A stretch of 64,000 nt of DNA from Entomortierella parvispora E1425. Taxonomy: Eukaryota; Fungi; Mortierellomycota. The DNA lies in the NCBI GenBank assembly GCA_020891255.1, contig BQFW01000002.1, positions 992,001 through 1,056,000 of the forward strand, written 5' to 3'. Positions 36,124-50,541 of this stretch are shown piece by piece; the first letter of the stretch is position 1; every line of letters begins with the position of its first letter. The notes under the pieces were generated by a model. That model was not told the DNA's origin, made no database searches, and worked only from the letters and a program-made list of their open reading frames with translations. The translations under genes and the position numbers were made by a program.

Positions 36124-39100
36124 ATGGCTGCTACAACAGTCGACACCTCGTCACCCCTCGCCTCGTCCCCATCGCCTTCATCCCTTTCTTCCTGTAAGTG
36201 CTCATTTGAATCACTGCCACACAAGCACCCCTACTCCTTCTCTCCCCTCTCCACGGTGCCTCGTGCGTCTTAGCAAGCAGCTGTGCTCATTCTATCGGAC
36301 TCTGGCTCTGTGCACCCGTGTCCCACGTTGGTGAAATGAGCGGTGACCCAGATTCATCCCTGAATGCAGACAACAGAGGGAAGAAAAAAAGGGCAGCACC
36401 GGCGAGGTCTTGACCTTTGCCAATCCTCCAGCCTCCTGGATCCATCTCTCCCCTTCTCGTCTTCCCTGCCTCCTGCCTCTGCCGACCCTCTTTGTTGCCC
36501 TGTCCCTGAGCGCGGCCCTATCCTCATGAATTGACCCAACTCGTCCCGCCCCCCGGCTGGGCCCCGCTCTTGCTGTTGTTTCTTTTGCCCTTTGGCTGGG
36601 AGTGTCAATGGTGGAGCATCGTCCAGCTAGTTTTTTTTCAACCTCCACTCAATCCGACGTCGGTTGAAGCTTGTGCAAGACAAAACAGTGCAGGTTCCCG
36701 GATTTAAGAGTTAGAGTTTTTTTTTTCTTCCTTTTTTTTTTTTTTTTTTGGGCCCTTGGGAGACCTTTGCTGTTCCCGCACCCTGTCTGCCGTTCGCCCT
36801 CTGAGTGAGCGCTGGGATCTGGGAGTGGAGTGGGAATGGAGGGAGCAAAAGGCAGAAGGAGGAAACCCCGCTTCACTGCACTCTCCATCACAAGGGAACT
36901 AAACCATACCTGGCCTCGATCCTCGCTTGCCTTGCTTTCCGTTTGACCCATCGTAAATATAGATCCTCTCAAGCAAAAATCGGCCGACGACGAGGACCAC
37001 GTTGCTTCGTTCAAGAGAATGCTCGACGATATCCTCGATAATGCCTCTTCCGAGTCGCTCTCGCATGGACTAGAGTCAAGTCTCAATGGCTCTAACAGAT
37101 TCGGTGCCGGCCCTGCCTTCCTGTCCTCGCCCTCGGCGGCAGCCAGTCGGGCCAGACTCAACAACAACACCACCCTGGCCTACTTGCTTCCACAACCCAA
37201 AGGTCACTTCTCAAAGATAAAGGGCGGACACAGCCGATCAGACCTGTCATCGGACAATGCCGTCGATTCAGACCTGCTACACAAACTCGAGGAGCAGAAC
37301 AGCCTGCTGCCTCCACAAGTAAGAAATACACTGCCGCTCTGTACACCCAGGCTGGGCTAGAGTTGTTTATTGTTTGGGGTCTTGTGCGCGAATGCAGGAA
37401 CAGATGAGCAAACTTGGGAGGTGTGTGTGTCAAGGATTATGGACGGCGTGTTTACTCATATCGTTCCTCTCCCCCCTCTTTCTTTCGCCACTAGGACTCG
37501 ACTTCATTCCTGTTGGCGCGATTGGAGCGTCAAAACGGACTTTTGGACACTGACCCAAAGTCCATCTGTATCGAATCCAACATCCTCAAAGGCAACCTCA
37601 GCACTCTCCATCGCCTCATTGCAGACTCGACCACCCTCAACAGCCCAAATTCAGAAACAGTCGACCCAATGTCCTCCCTGGCTTCAGTGCTCGAGCCCCA
37701 GGCCGGCGATGAGGAGATTGACTGGGAGTTCTGGGGAATGCTTGTCCAAGACTACAACGCCGTGGCAAGCAAGCTACCTCACCTTTTATCTGCAAGAGTG
37801 CGTCAAGGGTTACCTTCCAAGCTTCGAGGCTTGATCTGGCAGTCCATGTCCCAGGCCTCATCGACCTATCTCGAAACCATGTATACCCAGCTGCTGAAGG
37901 AGCATTCACCTTACGAACGTATTATCCAGCGCGATCTCGCCCGTACATTCCCCCAGATCGACATGTTTAAGGAAGATGGCGGAAAGGGCCAGGAGATGCT
38001 TGGCAATATTTTGAAAGCATATTCCCTTTACGATCCTCACGTGGGTTATTGTCAAGGTCTTGGATTCTTGGTCGGACCCTTGCTTATGAACGTAGGTTAC
38101 CCACCATGCAAGATGTCACGATTTTTGACTCAGGCAACTTATTGCTCCCTCCTTTACTTTTTTTTTGCGTCCTCAAATTAGATGGACGAAAAGGAGGCTT
38201 TTTGCGTTTTTGTGCGCTTGATGGAGACATACGACATGAGGACAATGTTCACACTCAACATGGAGGGACTTCAACTTCGACTGTACCAATTCTCAGCCTT
38301 GCTTTCTGAGCACCTCCCAATGCTGCATGCCCACCTTTCCTTCCACTCGATTCACGCTGCGATGTATGCCTCACAGTGGTTCCTGTCTCTCTTTGCCTAC
38401 ACTTACCCACTGCCCCTGGTTTTGCGGATCTACGATGTGGTCTTTACGGAGGGCGCCCCAGAAACCATCATGCGTGTTGCTGTGGCTTTTTTGAAAAAGA
38501 ATGAGGAAAAGTTGATGCAGCTGCAGGAGTTTGAGGACTTGCTAGAAGTCCTCTCCTCAAAACTGTACGACGTGTATGACGACAACGCAGGTAGCGTGAT
38601 CAAGGACGCAATGGCCCTCTCTTCCGAGATCTCCAAGGACAAGCTTGATTCGCTCGCCATGGCCTACTTGGCAGAGCTGGAGGACCAACAAAAGCGGGCA
38701 GGCGAGGTCACCAGCAAGCGATTCAGAGATCGGTTTGGCTCCTCCAAGGCCAAGCCAGAGGAACCCAAGGTGGCACAGCTGTCCGCGAAAAAGTCTTCGC
38801 CAAAGTTGAAACGTGGTGGTAGCCGACTCTCCATTGCCGCATCCTTTGGCTCTTCAGCGAGCCTGGCCTTGAATGATGACGAGGAGGACACTTCTGAGGC
38901 AACAACTCAGCAGAAATCCAACAACGCAGACACGATGCTATTGGAGCAAATCCAGGATCTCGCCAAAGCGCTCTCTTGTCTTCAAAGGGACCATGTAGAG
39001 GTCACCGAGGGTTTGGTGGCTGCCAAGATGGAGAAGATGCAGTATATGGAAGAACTGGACGTACTGCGCAAGAAAGTGACAGATATGGAGCGACAGCAGA

Positions 39101-40230
39101 ATCGGGCCTCTATGATGAGTGCAATGGCCCCCTCAGTCATGAGCCAGAGCGACACTGCCTCGTCTGTGACGATGTCTTCGCCTCGCACTCTTGTGCATGA
39201 GGATGGAAAAATGATGTCTGATCGCGCCAGCTCCACCTGGTCCACACACTCTCAGGAAGACGGAGCCGAGGACCAGATAAATCAAGATACCAAGGCATCG
39301 TCTATTTCCTCCATCAACAGCGGAAATGAGGACCTTGCTCTGCGCCTCGCTGCAGCCGAGCGTGAGCTTGCTCATGTAACTGCCGAGCTGGTCCATGCAA
39401 AGGTCTGTGTCATGGAGGCCATGAACGAAGTCGAGTCTCAGCGCCAAAAGACTCAGACGATCGAGAGCGTACTGATGGACTCGAAGGAAGCCGTCGTCAT
39501 GCTCCAAGAACAGCAGGTGGTCCTCCAAAACACAAAGATGGAAATGGCTATGGAAATGGACGGCCTTCGTCACGATCGCGACACTTCCGAGCGTGATCTG
39601 AATGTGATGCGACAGCAGTTTGACGAAACGAAGCGACTGTGGCTCGAGGGTCAGGTTGAGCGCCATTCACTTCAGGAGAAGATTAAGGAACTCGAAATGA
39701 ATGCTGCGTTTGCGGCTTCTAATGGAAACAACAGTCTGGGCAGAGGTCGTAGCTACAGAAAATCCCTTGGCGAAGCTGCAATGATGAACATGATGACTTC
39801 CAGGAGTGGATCGCCATCGCCCAGGCCGTCGACCCAGATGATTTCGGTCTCTGAGGAAGGCAACAGAATCGTACCATTGTCTCCTACGGAGCAGTACCGC
39901 CGTGGATCAGATGAATCAACAGAGAACGGAAGTGGCTATCGCCAGATGGCACCCCGTGGCAGTTCAGACACTTTGAATTCAACTGTATCTGGCCGTGAGT
40001 CGACTTCGTCTGCTCGACCTCCAGCCTTGATCCGGAAAGGATGGCCTAGTGAGAAGGCGGCGAGCTCCGGTGTAGTGCCAACCTCCCCGGTTGCGAGCGC
40101 CTTTGGCACGCGCAAGTTCATGGTGGCACCAGCAGAGAGCACCGAGACCAAGTTAAAGAGGAGCCAGTCGACGCGCAATAGCATGTTCGGCGGTTTGAGT
40201 TTCCGCCGGTCGAACAGTGAGATCTCATAG
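36124..40230 (+). CDS. TBC-domain Rab GTPase-activating protein (EVI5/Gyp5-like) with C-terminal coiled coil; exons 36124-36193, 36963-37318, 37495-38091, 38182-40230
   Basis: GLPSKLRGLIWQ, IIQRDLARTFP (Arg finger), VGYCQGLGFL (Gln finger), MYASQWFLSLF, RIYDVVFTEG; splice phases consistent. Confidence 0.92.
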
Positions 40231-43200
40231 TGAGTGAACAAGTGAAGTGCAATCCCTACAGTTCAGTCAGTCAGTCAGCCAATCAGTCAGTCAGGCAGTC
40301 GGTCTCTCCGTCTTCATTGTGAGTCTCCTTGCCTCTTACTGCGATGGCGGTGTTTCCATTCACTCTTGTTATCTTTGTCACATAGTACCTTTCTATCTAT
40401 CCCGTCTTCCCTCGTACGGGAATCTTCACCTTCCACCCTCTCTCTCCCTTCCTTTCTCTCTCTACTTTTGTTTGCTACCATTGAATAACTATTTCTCCAA
40501 AATATATACTACTTGATGCCATTGTTCTCCACAGCAAAAAAAGTGAAACGCAACCTGTCGATGTTGCGGACACAATCGCTCTGTTTGTTTGTTTGGCAAG
40601 TTGCACTGCACAGCATGGAATTCCAATGGTCAAGTCAAGAACCGATGGTGCGACAGTCTGGCATGCGTGGCGTCATCTCGGAAATTTGGAAATCTTTGAC
40701 GGAAGGTAGAATGGCTTTGGGTTCGAGGAGGGAAAAGAGGGTGAGAATCGAAGATTCCTATCAGTCGCAGATCTTTCCTGAAAAAAAGGGTGCAACGAAG
40801 ATTCCTTCCCAGGCTTCTCAATGGAAAGAGAACAGCAGCATGGATTGTCGACGACGTTCCCATGGTCTTATTGTCTTGTTTGTAGGGAAGTTCCCTCAAT
40901 TCCTTTTGTCTGTGTCTTGGATTCCAAAAAGGGAATATCAGGGTTGTCTCTCCAAATCTCAGCTCAGGAACGGGAGAGCTGCAACCAGGTCCAGCCAACC
41001 AGACTCGAGTTCCCAGGGGGCGGCGGACGACTGACGATTGGCCGAGGGGACTCGATAGTGTTTGTTTGCTGGTTCGGTGCAGGGAAAATTCTGTTTGTTT
41101 GTCATTTCTCCCTGGTTGGCCCCTGCAACCACCCGTCCGTATATTCATCCATTCGTTCGTCCAATTTTTTTCACCCTGAATGACAGTGTTTATTTATTGC
41201 TTGGCTGACGAAAGATGTATCCCATCTTGGTTGCTGTAAAAAGCCTGGTCTCAAAAACAGGGATAGCCTGGATCAGACAATGGTCGTGGGCTCGGCGTCT
41301 TGAGATCTTTCTAGAACCGGGTGCAACCCAATCGCACTCAGTCCAAGTCACTCTCCTCTGGAACCAGATCAGGTCCATCTGGACCAATGCAGGTCGTCAT
41401 TTCAGGGCTCTGATGTCGAAAAGGGGTCTCAGTTGGGACCGTCCAGTGACATCGTCTCGACTGTGCGTGGTCTTGGTCTCGGTCCTTTGGGATTGTTTGT
41501 CTTACGTCTGGTCTGTGGACAATACCCGTTCCCGGGGACACAAAGAATTCATCCATCCCCAAATTCAGGAACAAAGGGCGCTCGCGGAGACACTCAAAGT
41601 TTCGTTTCGCTCTTCTGTGCAACAGGTCGGTGCCTGCAAGTCTTTGTCCAGAGTGCTCTGTCTGGAATCCTCCATCCATCCCTCCATCCACCCAACAAAC
41701 AACGCAGCTGGGTCTCATTGGGTCTCTCAGCCTGGGCTGGCAGGTCTTGGGAAGGAAAAAAAAAGGTAGAGTTTTTTTTTCTTGTACGCGCTTAACTTTT
41801 TTTTTTTTGTACATGTTCCTTTTTGTCTCTTGACCCCTCTTTCTCTCCCTTCATTCTTTCCCTTCCCTTCTTGTTCTCTCTGGTGCCATTTGATCGTCCT
41901 CGATCTTCATCCATATCTCACAACTCGCAAGCAACATCCCCCTGGAGAACAAACAAATTCGAATTACTTCAACCACCCATACTTTTACTCATCATAAACA
42001 ACATCGACAACATCGACACATCGCATCCCTACTTTCATTTTCCAACGTCCTCTCTCTTTCTCTTTCTCTTTCCTTACTTTCCCTTGACGGCACTGTGCTT
42101 CAACCACCAGTCCACCGTTCAACTTTGGGTAAGTACTCTACAAGTATAGTGCCGTTTTTTATGTGGACGATGGCTCTTCTCCGACGATATTGTCAGCCGG
42201 AATAGGAGTAACAACATCAACAACGGCAAATCAACAACAGCAACAACAACATCACCATCACCATTATCATCACGACGAAACCCTTCACCTGCCCGCATGC
42301 CTGATGACATTGCTTAGCCTTGCTCCCATTTTATTATTACTCTTTTTTTCCTTTTCCTTTTTTTGTATTACCCTCATTTCTGACTTCCCTGAACAAACAA
42401 TTTGCAAGTGTGTTCATTTATTTGCATTGCCTCCTTCCTTCTTTCCTGAGCGAGTCCCTCACTCACTCAAACACAACAAACAAACAAAAGGAAGGCACAA
42501 ACAAACGGGGACACAAAGCAGCAGAAACATCTCCACCTTCCGCTACCACATGCTGTGGCAGCGGCACTGAACCAACTCTCAGTTGGCCAAGGTCAAGAAG
42601 AGTGAAAAAAAAGGGTCAATCATCATCACCTCACCATTGTTTTCATCTCTTCTCTCTTCTCCTGTCTTTCTTACTTTTTTTCGATCAGTCTTTGCTTACC
42701 TTTAACTCCATCTCCCTCTCCACCATCCCCACCATTCACTTCTCTATCTCTGTGCTCCATCCTTTGTCTATTTCTCTCTCTCCTCCCTCGTTGTATTTCT
42801 CCAGCTTTTGTTCATTCCCGCTTCTGTCCAGATAATCGTTTCCCTGCCCTGCAACCCTCCTGTCCATCGCTCGCTCTCCTTCTCCACAACACACTTCCCT
42901 TCTGCCTCAGACCAATCAATCGATATCGAAACCTGAATCGAATGTATGTATGCACGTAGACACACGGACGCTGCCGCCCTTGCCCGACCCTCCTTCATCC
43001 CACCAGCGACTTCTCCTTGTTCTTATTTTCCCAGCCCACTGCTCTCTCCTCGATCGAACAAACAACCCATTGAACCACCTCAATGCCGAAAAATAATCAA
43101 TATCGCTCCCGCGCGCACTCCCTCTCCCTGGCCCTCTCCCTCTCGCCTTCTTTACTTGCTCCATTCTCGCTCCCTCTCCCCCCTCCCCTTCCTTTCGGCA

Positions 43201-44717
43201 GCTGCTCTTCGTTTCCGATTCTGCGCACCATAGCACCCTATCCCCTTTTCCGATCTCCCTTCCCCTCTTCCCTCGCCCTCTAGTCATCTATCTGAGCCAC
43301 AAAAGACGCACACACACAACCCACACAGCACACCAGCACCTGTATTTTTCCCGCCGCTGCTCATCCCTCTCCCCCCATTTTGACCTCTGTGTTTCTTTTG
43401 TTGTGTTTGCGCGTGTGTCTATTTTTTCCCTCGCTATTTGTTCACCGGGGTGGCCCTGGCACATCGTCATTTGCGCACAAACGCCCGCACCCACAACTGG
43501 GGACAGCATCACCTCGACCCTTTGCCGATCTTCCCTTATTGGCAAACTTTCTACCTGCCCCTTTTTCATTTCTCTTTTGTTGTTGTCGTCTTGTCTAAGT
43601 ATTTGTCCTCGTTCGTTGATGCTACCAACTGGCTCTACTCCCCATCCCCAATTCCCCAAATGATTGCTCTCAGAGCGGATCTTCCACCTGGTAACCCTCT
43701 TCGGGTAATAACGTCCCCTTCTTTGTGGCCAAGTCGTTATCCATCACCCCTGTTTTTCTCTGCATCGTGGTACCACACAGGAGAGGGTCGGGAATAAGTA
43801 ATTGCTCTCGGCTGTTTATAGGTGTACATTGAACCCCAACATGATACAAACAACAGTGCGATGTTCCCTTGCCCCTCGATGCACAAATGCTTCCATGGAG
43901 TGACTGCTCTTCCAAAATAGTTTATCCCTTGCGAGGCAAGGGGAGGATTTGGCAGTTCCTTGGAGTAATTTACACGCGTTTTGTTGCTTGCATAGAACAT
44001 TGCTTGGATAATATTATCCTGGTTGTCTTTTTTTACTGTTATTTTTTTTTTAGTCCTTTGTACTTTTGGACGTTTCATCTCCTTACTTTTCTCACTCTGC
44101 GGTGGTCACGCAGCAGTGCCAAGTAAGGTCCTCGGACTCTTCTTCCTTCTTGAGATCACCCTGTGGACGAATTGACTTTCACGCTTTTTGCGGTCAGTCG
44201 ACAACTCAGTGCGGCTGAAAAGTCGACTATCGCCGACTTTTTCTGTTTTCACTCGTGGTCTTGTTTCTTTTCTTGTTGACAAACTTTCATCTCTTTTTCT
44301 TTTTCTCATTGTCACTGTTTTTTACTATTCTATCTTTATCGTTCATATTTACGTTTGACATCCGAACCAAACCAAAATCTTCGGTCGCTCTCGTCCCTGT
44401 CTTGTCGAAGCGAACAGGACGTCAGAGCTGAATAGGCGCCCTCTTCTTTTCGATCGCGCCTGTATTCAATCGTCTGATTACCTTCGTTTGTTTGAGTGGA
44501 CAATCATATAATATTTCCCTGGGGTGCACAGGGTGCGTTTTTTTTTTTTTTTTTTTTTTTTTCGTTTGAGATCTTTGCAAAGCTTAGCATTGAACTATCG
44601 CTCTCACTCACTCCTTCAGCGCTTCATTCTTGTCAATTCAATTGCCGTTCTTTTGCTGAGAGATTGTTTATCTCTTCTTTAGTGTTCTTCTTGAACAAGC
44701 CAACATTACTAACCACA

Positions 44718-44738
44718 ATGTGTACTCATCGAAAGTAG
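44718..44738 (+). promoter_or_regulatory. Putative uORF (MCTHRK*) ending 2 nt before the forkhead ATG
   Basis: acaATG TGT ACT CAT CGA AAG TAG cc ATG read directly. Confidence 0.35.
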
Positions 44739-44740
44739 CC

Positions 44741-47700
44741 ATGAACCTTCAGCAACAAGGGTCGCCCACATCTGCAAACGTGGACACGGACTCTCAAGTC
44801 GAGAACCCCCATCGGAATGAAAGATCGACTACCAAAAACCCCCCTTTCATCCAGTTAAGCTCGTCCAACTCACCTCAGTTCCAAGGGTGTCTTCCAATGC
44901 CGATAGCCACTAGGACGGCGCGATCCGGCTCTTCCCAGAGCTTGAACATCTCAATTGACCATCGTTCAGGTACAGTGCAACCTTCCCAAAAGAAAAACCT
45001 TCCCGTACCCTCAGTGTCTTTATTTTAAAAGCGCGTTTTGATTTCTGCACGTCGTACCTACCTTAGTCAGATTTCGTTTGGATTTCGTATCTTTTTTTTT
45101 TTTTTTTTTTGTGAAGTTTGAGCACAACACACGCTTGCGGATCAAAAGAGGAGAGAGGAAGAAGATAAATGGGCCCACCGAACAAACAATCGCCATGAAC
45201 CCCAATCCCAATCTCGGCTGTGACGGACAAGTGTCGCTGCCGTGCAAACCATCGTCCTCCCACACCACTCAAGCCTACTCAATCCCGTCCTTTGCCATCG
45301 CTTTTCCCCCTCCCCTCCACCTTCCTCAACCCCCGTTTGTGGCCATTCATTACACATGGTTAACAAATAAATGCCCACCCAACAACAAACTCGGAACTCC
45401 CTTCCCTTCCTCTCCTCTCCCTCAACTCAACCCGAAGCGTTTCTTTTTTATTATTATTATTTCTTCCTTCTTCCTTCTTCTATCCCATTCTCCTCCTACT
45501 CCAATCTTCAAGTTCTCCTATTTCTTTCCCTCTTATTGGAACACTTCACTTGTGGACTTCTTTCATTTGCTGCTTTCTATTCATTACACAGCACAATACC
45601 ATCGATACCAAAAGAGCCACCATCCACCCTTGACAACAAACACCCTTATCCCTCTGCACTAAGAGTGCCCACATCCACTCCTTCGGGTTGGTTCGTGCAT
45701 CTTTTCCCTTCTTTCCTTGGTATCACTCTTCATCGTTTCTTGGATTTATCTCGCTTTTTGTCTCGGCACATTGTTGTTCTTCTCTTAGTTCCTCACTACC
45801 TTCTTGAGCTGCAGCAACCTGAGGGTATTTCCCCTTCTCCTTCATGGAACACTTCAACAAGAAGATCATAATATCCCAACCTCCTTGATTCTCTGCTCAT
45901 CCTTCCGTGCCCTCCTTTTGTACACCTTTTTTTTTTCTTCAGCTCTTTGAGCTTCCCACTGAACTCGTAATTTTATCCCGCCAGTGTATCTGGGTTCATT
46001 AGTTCCGTTTCTCCCTATTGTTTATTGTTTGTCCTTTCTTTTTTCAGTCTCGTTCGAATCTGTTGCTTTTCTGAAGGATGCAGTTCCTTCAGTCGAGCGA
46101 ATTGAAATTGGCTCACCAACAGGATAACAGCCGAGCCCGAACTCGGCTTGACGAACTTGGTAACAAACGTGAGCAAAGTTTGAAGTTGGAGGGGGGAAGG
46201 GGGGAAGGGCGGAGGTAAATAGGGCATGCGAAGCATCAAAAACTGAATCAAGTGTGAGAGGGGGGGAAATGAATTGAGCGAAGAATTGCTTGGTGATCCT
46301 TTTTGTGCATTCATATTGCCCCTTACTCCAATCCGTATCCAATGTGCTTTTGGTTCTTGTTCGCGTCGGTTGTGGTTCGACGACGCCTTGAGGACAGTCT
46401 AGTCTGTGGGAATTGCTACTTGAACTCGACCATCTTCCAATCCTTTTTTTCCTTTTTTTTTTTTTTTTTTTTTTTTACAAAACACTAATTTTTTTCTTCT
46501 CTTTTGTCAACATCCATCACCACCATCGTTCTATCAGGTCGCTCCAGCCCAAGTCCTCGTCAAAGTCCAAGGAGGAGCTCCACAAGTGCCTCTAGTCTTC
46601 GCCATCGGTCTCCTCAGCCTTCCTCCCAGGACCGCTACATGCCCTACGGTGCAGTTTCACCTCGCTCACCTCTCTCTCCCAAGAGCTCGACATCGCCTTT
46701 CCTTGTCCACTCGCCTCCTCACATGGCTCCAAACCCATCGTCGACGTCGTCGTCGTCCTCTAGCAACTTTTTGTCCGCAACTGTCCGCTCAGACTCGCCT
46801 ACGTATGCCCACCATACCCTCCCGCCTCTCCGGTCCTCCACGTTTCCAGAGCCTAGCTCGGTTAGGTCTCCACCACATCCATCGACCTCGCCTTCTGCAC
46901 TAGCCCAATATCAACAGATCGATGACTATCCAGGAGCCTCCGCAGGCCATGGTGGAAGGCACCTTACAGTTCAGGTTCCCAATTACTCAGAGTCAGACAC
47001 GAAGAAAGACCGATCCTTTCCATCTGCTGCATCCCCTGTCTCATCACCGTCCTACTCTTACCCTTCCTACCCTCCGTTTTCCGTACATGGTCCTGGGCAG
47101 CATCCATCAATGTTGTCCTCTTCACCACAACATCGACGATTATCCGACCAACCTATCACCTCTAATCATCAGCAACGCGCTGTTCCTGGACTAGAGAGTA
47201 GGCAGAGGATGACCAGAGATCAAGCCGAGTCGATAGGAGTATATAGGACTGAGGAAGATGTCCATCGTCAACACCATTACCATCAGCAACAATACCCTCC
47301 TCAGTATTCTAGATCACAGGATCAAACGCCAATGGCAGTGTACTCGAACAGCCCTTACTATGGGTCTGCTCTAGGATCATCTGGTCATGACCAAGGCCCG
47401 ATGCATGAGTTCCATCCTCCCCTCCCACCACAATCGACTTTGCAACGCCCCGGCCACTATGGAACACAACAGCAACCGCAGCAACAACAACATTCGATGC
47501 ACTCTCAAACCATGCCAAATAGGCACTATACCATGCCCTCTGAACACTCTCAGGGTCTGCATCCACTTTCAGCCCCCTCAAACCGTGGTGGTCCAAATAC
47601 AACCACGGGAGCTCGAGGAGGACTTCCTTCTGGCATTGCACGGACAGCGTCCTCCTCTTCTTCCTCATCATCCGTGACTGGGGTACTTGGATCTGGCCCT

Positions 47701-49442
47701 GCAGGAGCGGCGGTTGGGACGGGGCTTTCCATGGGCATGCCCGCCGCAGGATCCTCTTCCGCCGCAGCTTCGTCTTCTTCCTCCAACACTGCTGCACCAG
47801 GCCCAGCGCCGGGGGGAGTCGAACCTCCCAGGACAACGCGTCGTCGACGACGACCCAATGAATCCTATTCCAATATCATCATCAAGGCCATTCGGAATTC
47901 TCCCCTCCAGCGACTGAAGCTTTCTGAAATTTACGAATATGTCAGCCGTGAGATCCCTCACATGAGCGGAAATGACAAGGGTTGGCAGGTAAACAAACAA
48001 CAAGAAACATCATCAACAAAGGACTCTTGTTTATCGTCAGGGCCCTTCACCCCCCCCCCCCCTTTGTTTGGTCCCATTCTTGGTATTGACGTAGTGTTCA
48101 TTCTCTATATCTTTATTTTTTTTCTTCTCTCATTGCATCGGCTGATTAGAATACCGTGCGCCACAACCTCAGTCACAACAAGTGCTTTAAGCGGATAGTC
48201 ATCAAAGACTTGGGGCCCCTCCCTTCTGGATCGTGTGAGGACGATGAGGATGCAGCGTCTGGCTCTAGCAAAGGAGCATCTTCTAAACAGCAACAACAAC
48301 AGCAACAGCAACAGCAGCAGCAGGGCAAGAAGGGCAAGGGTGGTTACTGGGTGTTGGTGCCTGAGAAGTTGGAAGAGTCCATGTCTTCGTCTCGACCCAA
48401 GAAGAGCTCTGTGGACCAAGGGCGACAGGCACTGAGCCCCAAAATACAGCAGGGTCAGCCCTCCGAACCACGTCCTCTGAACATGATGCAACCTCAAGGA
48501 TCGACCCAGCATCCTGCTCAGCATCATCCTCACCAGCCACTTTTCCAACAACATCCTCAGCAGCACCAGCAGCCACCATCACAGCCACAGTACTTTCAGC
48601 CTTCGCGCCCTGAATACGGGGGCTCGTCCCATTCCTCGTCTTCATCAGCGTGGCAGCACCAACAGGCTCCTCGTGATCGAAGGATGCATGGAAGCTCCTC
48701 TTTGGTCATGGACATTGACCGGGATGTGGCATCGATGGCTATCGCTGAGCACCCTACTCAGTATGCTTCCCAGTACTCGCAGCAATCGCAATCGCAATCG
48801 CATCACCAGCACCCACGGCAAGCCCCCTATCAACAAGGTCATGCCATGGAACACTACTCGTTCTCTTACACCCCAACGTCGTTCTCAGCTACCGGCAGTG
48901 GTGCCTACAGCCACAACGACGGTCTTGTTTCTGAGCAGCACAATTCAGAGTCCAACAGTCATCGCCGAACCTCGACCGGGTCTGGTAGCCATGCAGTGCC
49001 TTACAGGGACGATGCTCACCCGCTTCATCCTCGAAAGGGATCCGAACATGATATGGAGAGTGAAAGCGACGGGGGTGGAGGTCAAAGTGGACGGTCAGAA
49101 AAGAGTAGTCCTCGGACTGGTAGCGATTCCGAGGACCTGGAAGAAGGAGAGGCATCGCCTCTCAGTGTCGGACCTAATCGTGGCGAGGATGATGAAGGAG
49201 CTATGGAGATGGATGAAGGTCCTCTGTCTGGTCATCTCTCCGAGGAAGAGGCCTCAAGGCAAAAGGACGAACATCGCCAGAACAAAAATGACAACGAGGA
49301 GGAGGACGGCTCAGAGAGCAAAATGTCGACCGCGGACAACAACAACGGAAGCATGCTGACCGTGCCCTCTTCGCCCTCCTCGCCTTCTTCCTCCACGTCA
49401 GGACGTGGCCGCGGTATGTCGATCCAGAACATGCTCAATTAG
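44741..49442 (+). CDS. Forkhead-box transcription factor (no FHA domain seen); exons 44741-44969, 46538-47988, 48150-49442
   Basis: RPNESYSNIIIKAIRNSPLQRLKLSEIYEYV...KGWQ|NTVRHNLSHNKCFKRI...GGYWVL. The first exon is inferred from a phase-1 donor (TCAG|GTACAG, 44970) matching a phase-1 acceptor (ATCAG|, 46537) and is less certain than the rest. Confidence 0.88.
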
Positions 49443-50541
49443 TAAGGGGAGGAGGCTATCAAGAAAAACCGAAAATTACGTTGAGCCCTTGTCTTTGTTT
49501 GCTTTGCCTTTCAGCTCTTCACAAACAAAAACAAACAGCCTTGACAGTTGAACCAGACCCTTTGCCATTGCCCTCCACACCTTCACTTTACTCTTTCGCG
49601 CCCTTTTCTTTTCTTTTTTCTTTGCTTTGTTTTGTTTTTATTCTCAAAAAGAAACACTTGCACACCCTTCCCTCTACTCTTTGTTCTCTCATTCTTTTTT
49701 TCTTCTTTTATTCTGCATCCTCCCTTCTTTTCTCATGTACCATAGCAATGATAATACCATCATAATAATTCATGTAAAACATTTCACGAGATACAGTGAG
49801 AGAGGTTTTTGGGTTGCGCTGCAGTCCCTATAGTACATGTTGAGATACAACAGGATATCAAGTCGTCCCTCTATCAAAAGAGCCATTGGGTGTTATGCCG
49901 GGGTCGACCCGCTCCCTCCATATTCTCTCCTATAAGAAAGAAAAAAAAATTACGTATCCATTTGAGGTGTGAACGCGACATTTGTGGAGGATCGACGCGA
50001 TTTTCCTTTTTTTTTTTTTTTTTTTTTTTTAGTCTTGTGGGATGAACGGGAACAGAAGCATCTCGTTGATTCTCAAGGGCTCGCGGAATTTTGACTCAAT
50101 TTTCTCCCTGCTCTCTCTCCTTTGTTTGTTTACTTGTCTGTCTCTCCGCCGGCTATTTTTTTTTTTTTTTTTTTTTTGACTCCCTGAACCCCACTGGTTA
50201 CTACCCTGTCGATTGTTGAAGGTTCAAAGGGAAAACAAAAGAGAGCAAAAAGAGGGTGAAGGGGAGAACGACGTGATAGAAAATACGGACTTTAGTCAAA
50301 TAAAACCCCCTGCTTTTCTGAGCAGATGTCGGTACCGATCCTCGATTCTCCATACTAAAAAGTCTAAATTTAATTAAACTGATAAATATCTTCGTTTTTT
50401 TTATAATTTATTGCAATTTTTTTATAACCAAAGTCTTGGAAATATGAAAAAAGACCGAAAAAAAAAGTGTGGTTCAGCAGTGTGGGGGGTTCGTTAAAGC
50501 AGAAAGACGACGTTACGTTTATGTATATAGAAAATGGACGA

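Noticed and set aside
40513-41833. Several 120-184 aa ORFs downstream of the TBC gene and others at 54400-61550
   Set aside because: No domains, overlapping on both strands, often non-ATG starts; consistent with chance ORFs in non-coding DNA.
42163-42570. Poly-Gln/His ORF as an alternative forkhead first exon
   Set aside because: GTG start and no frame-compatible splice link to the forkhead exons found.
46051-46060. GTTCGAATC T-loop-like words (here and near 61753)
   Set aside because: No cloverleaf, acceptor stem or A-box around them, so not tRNAs.
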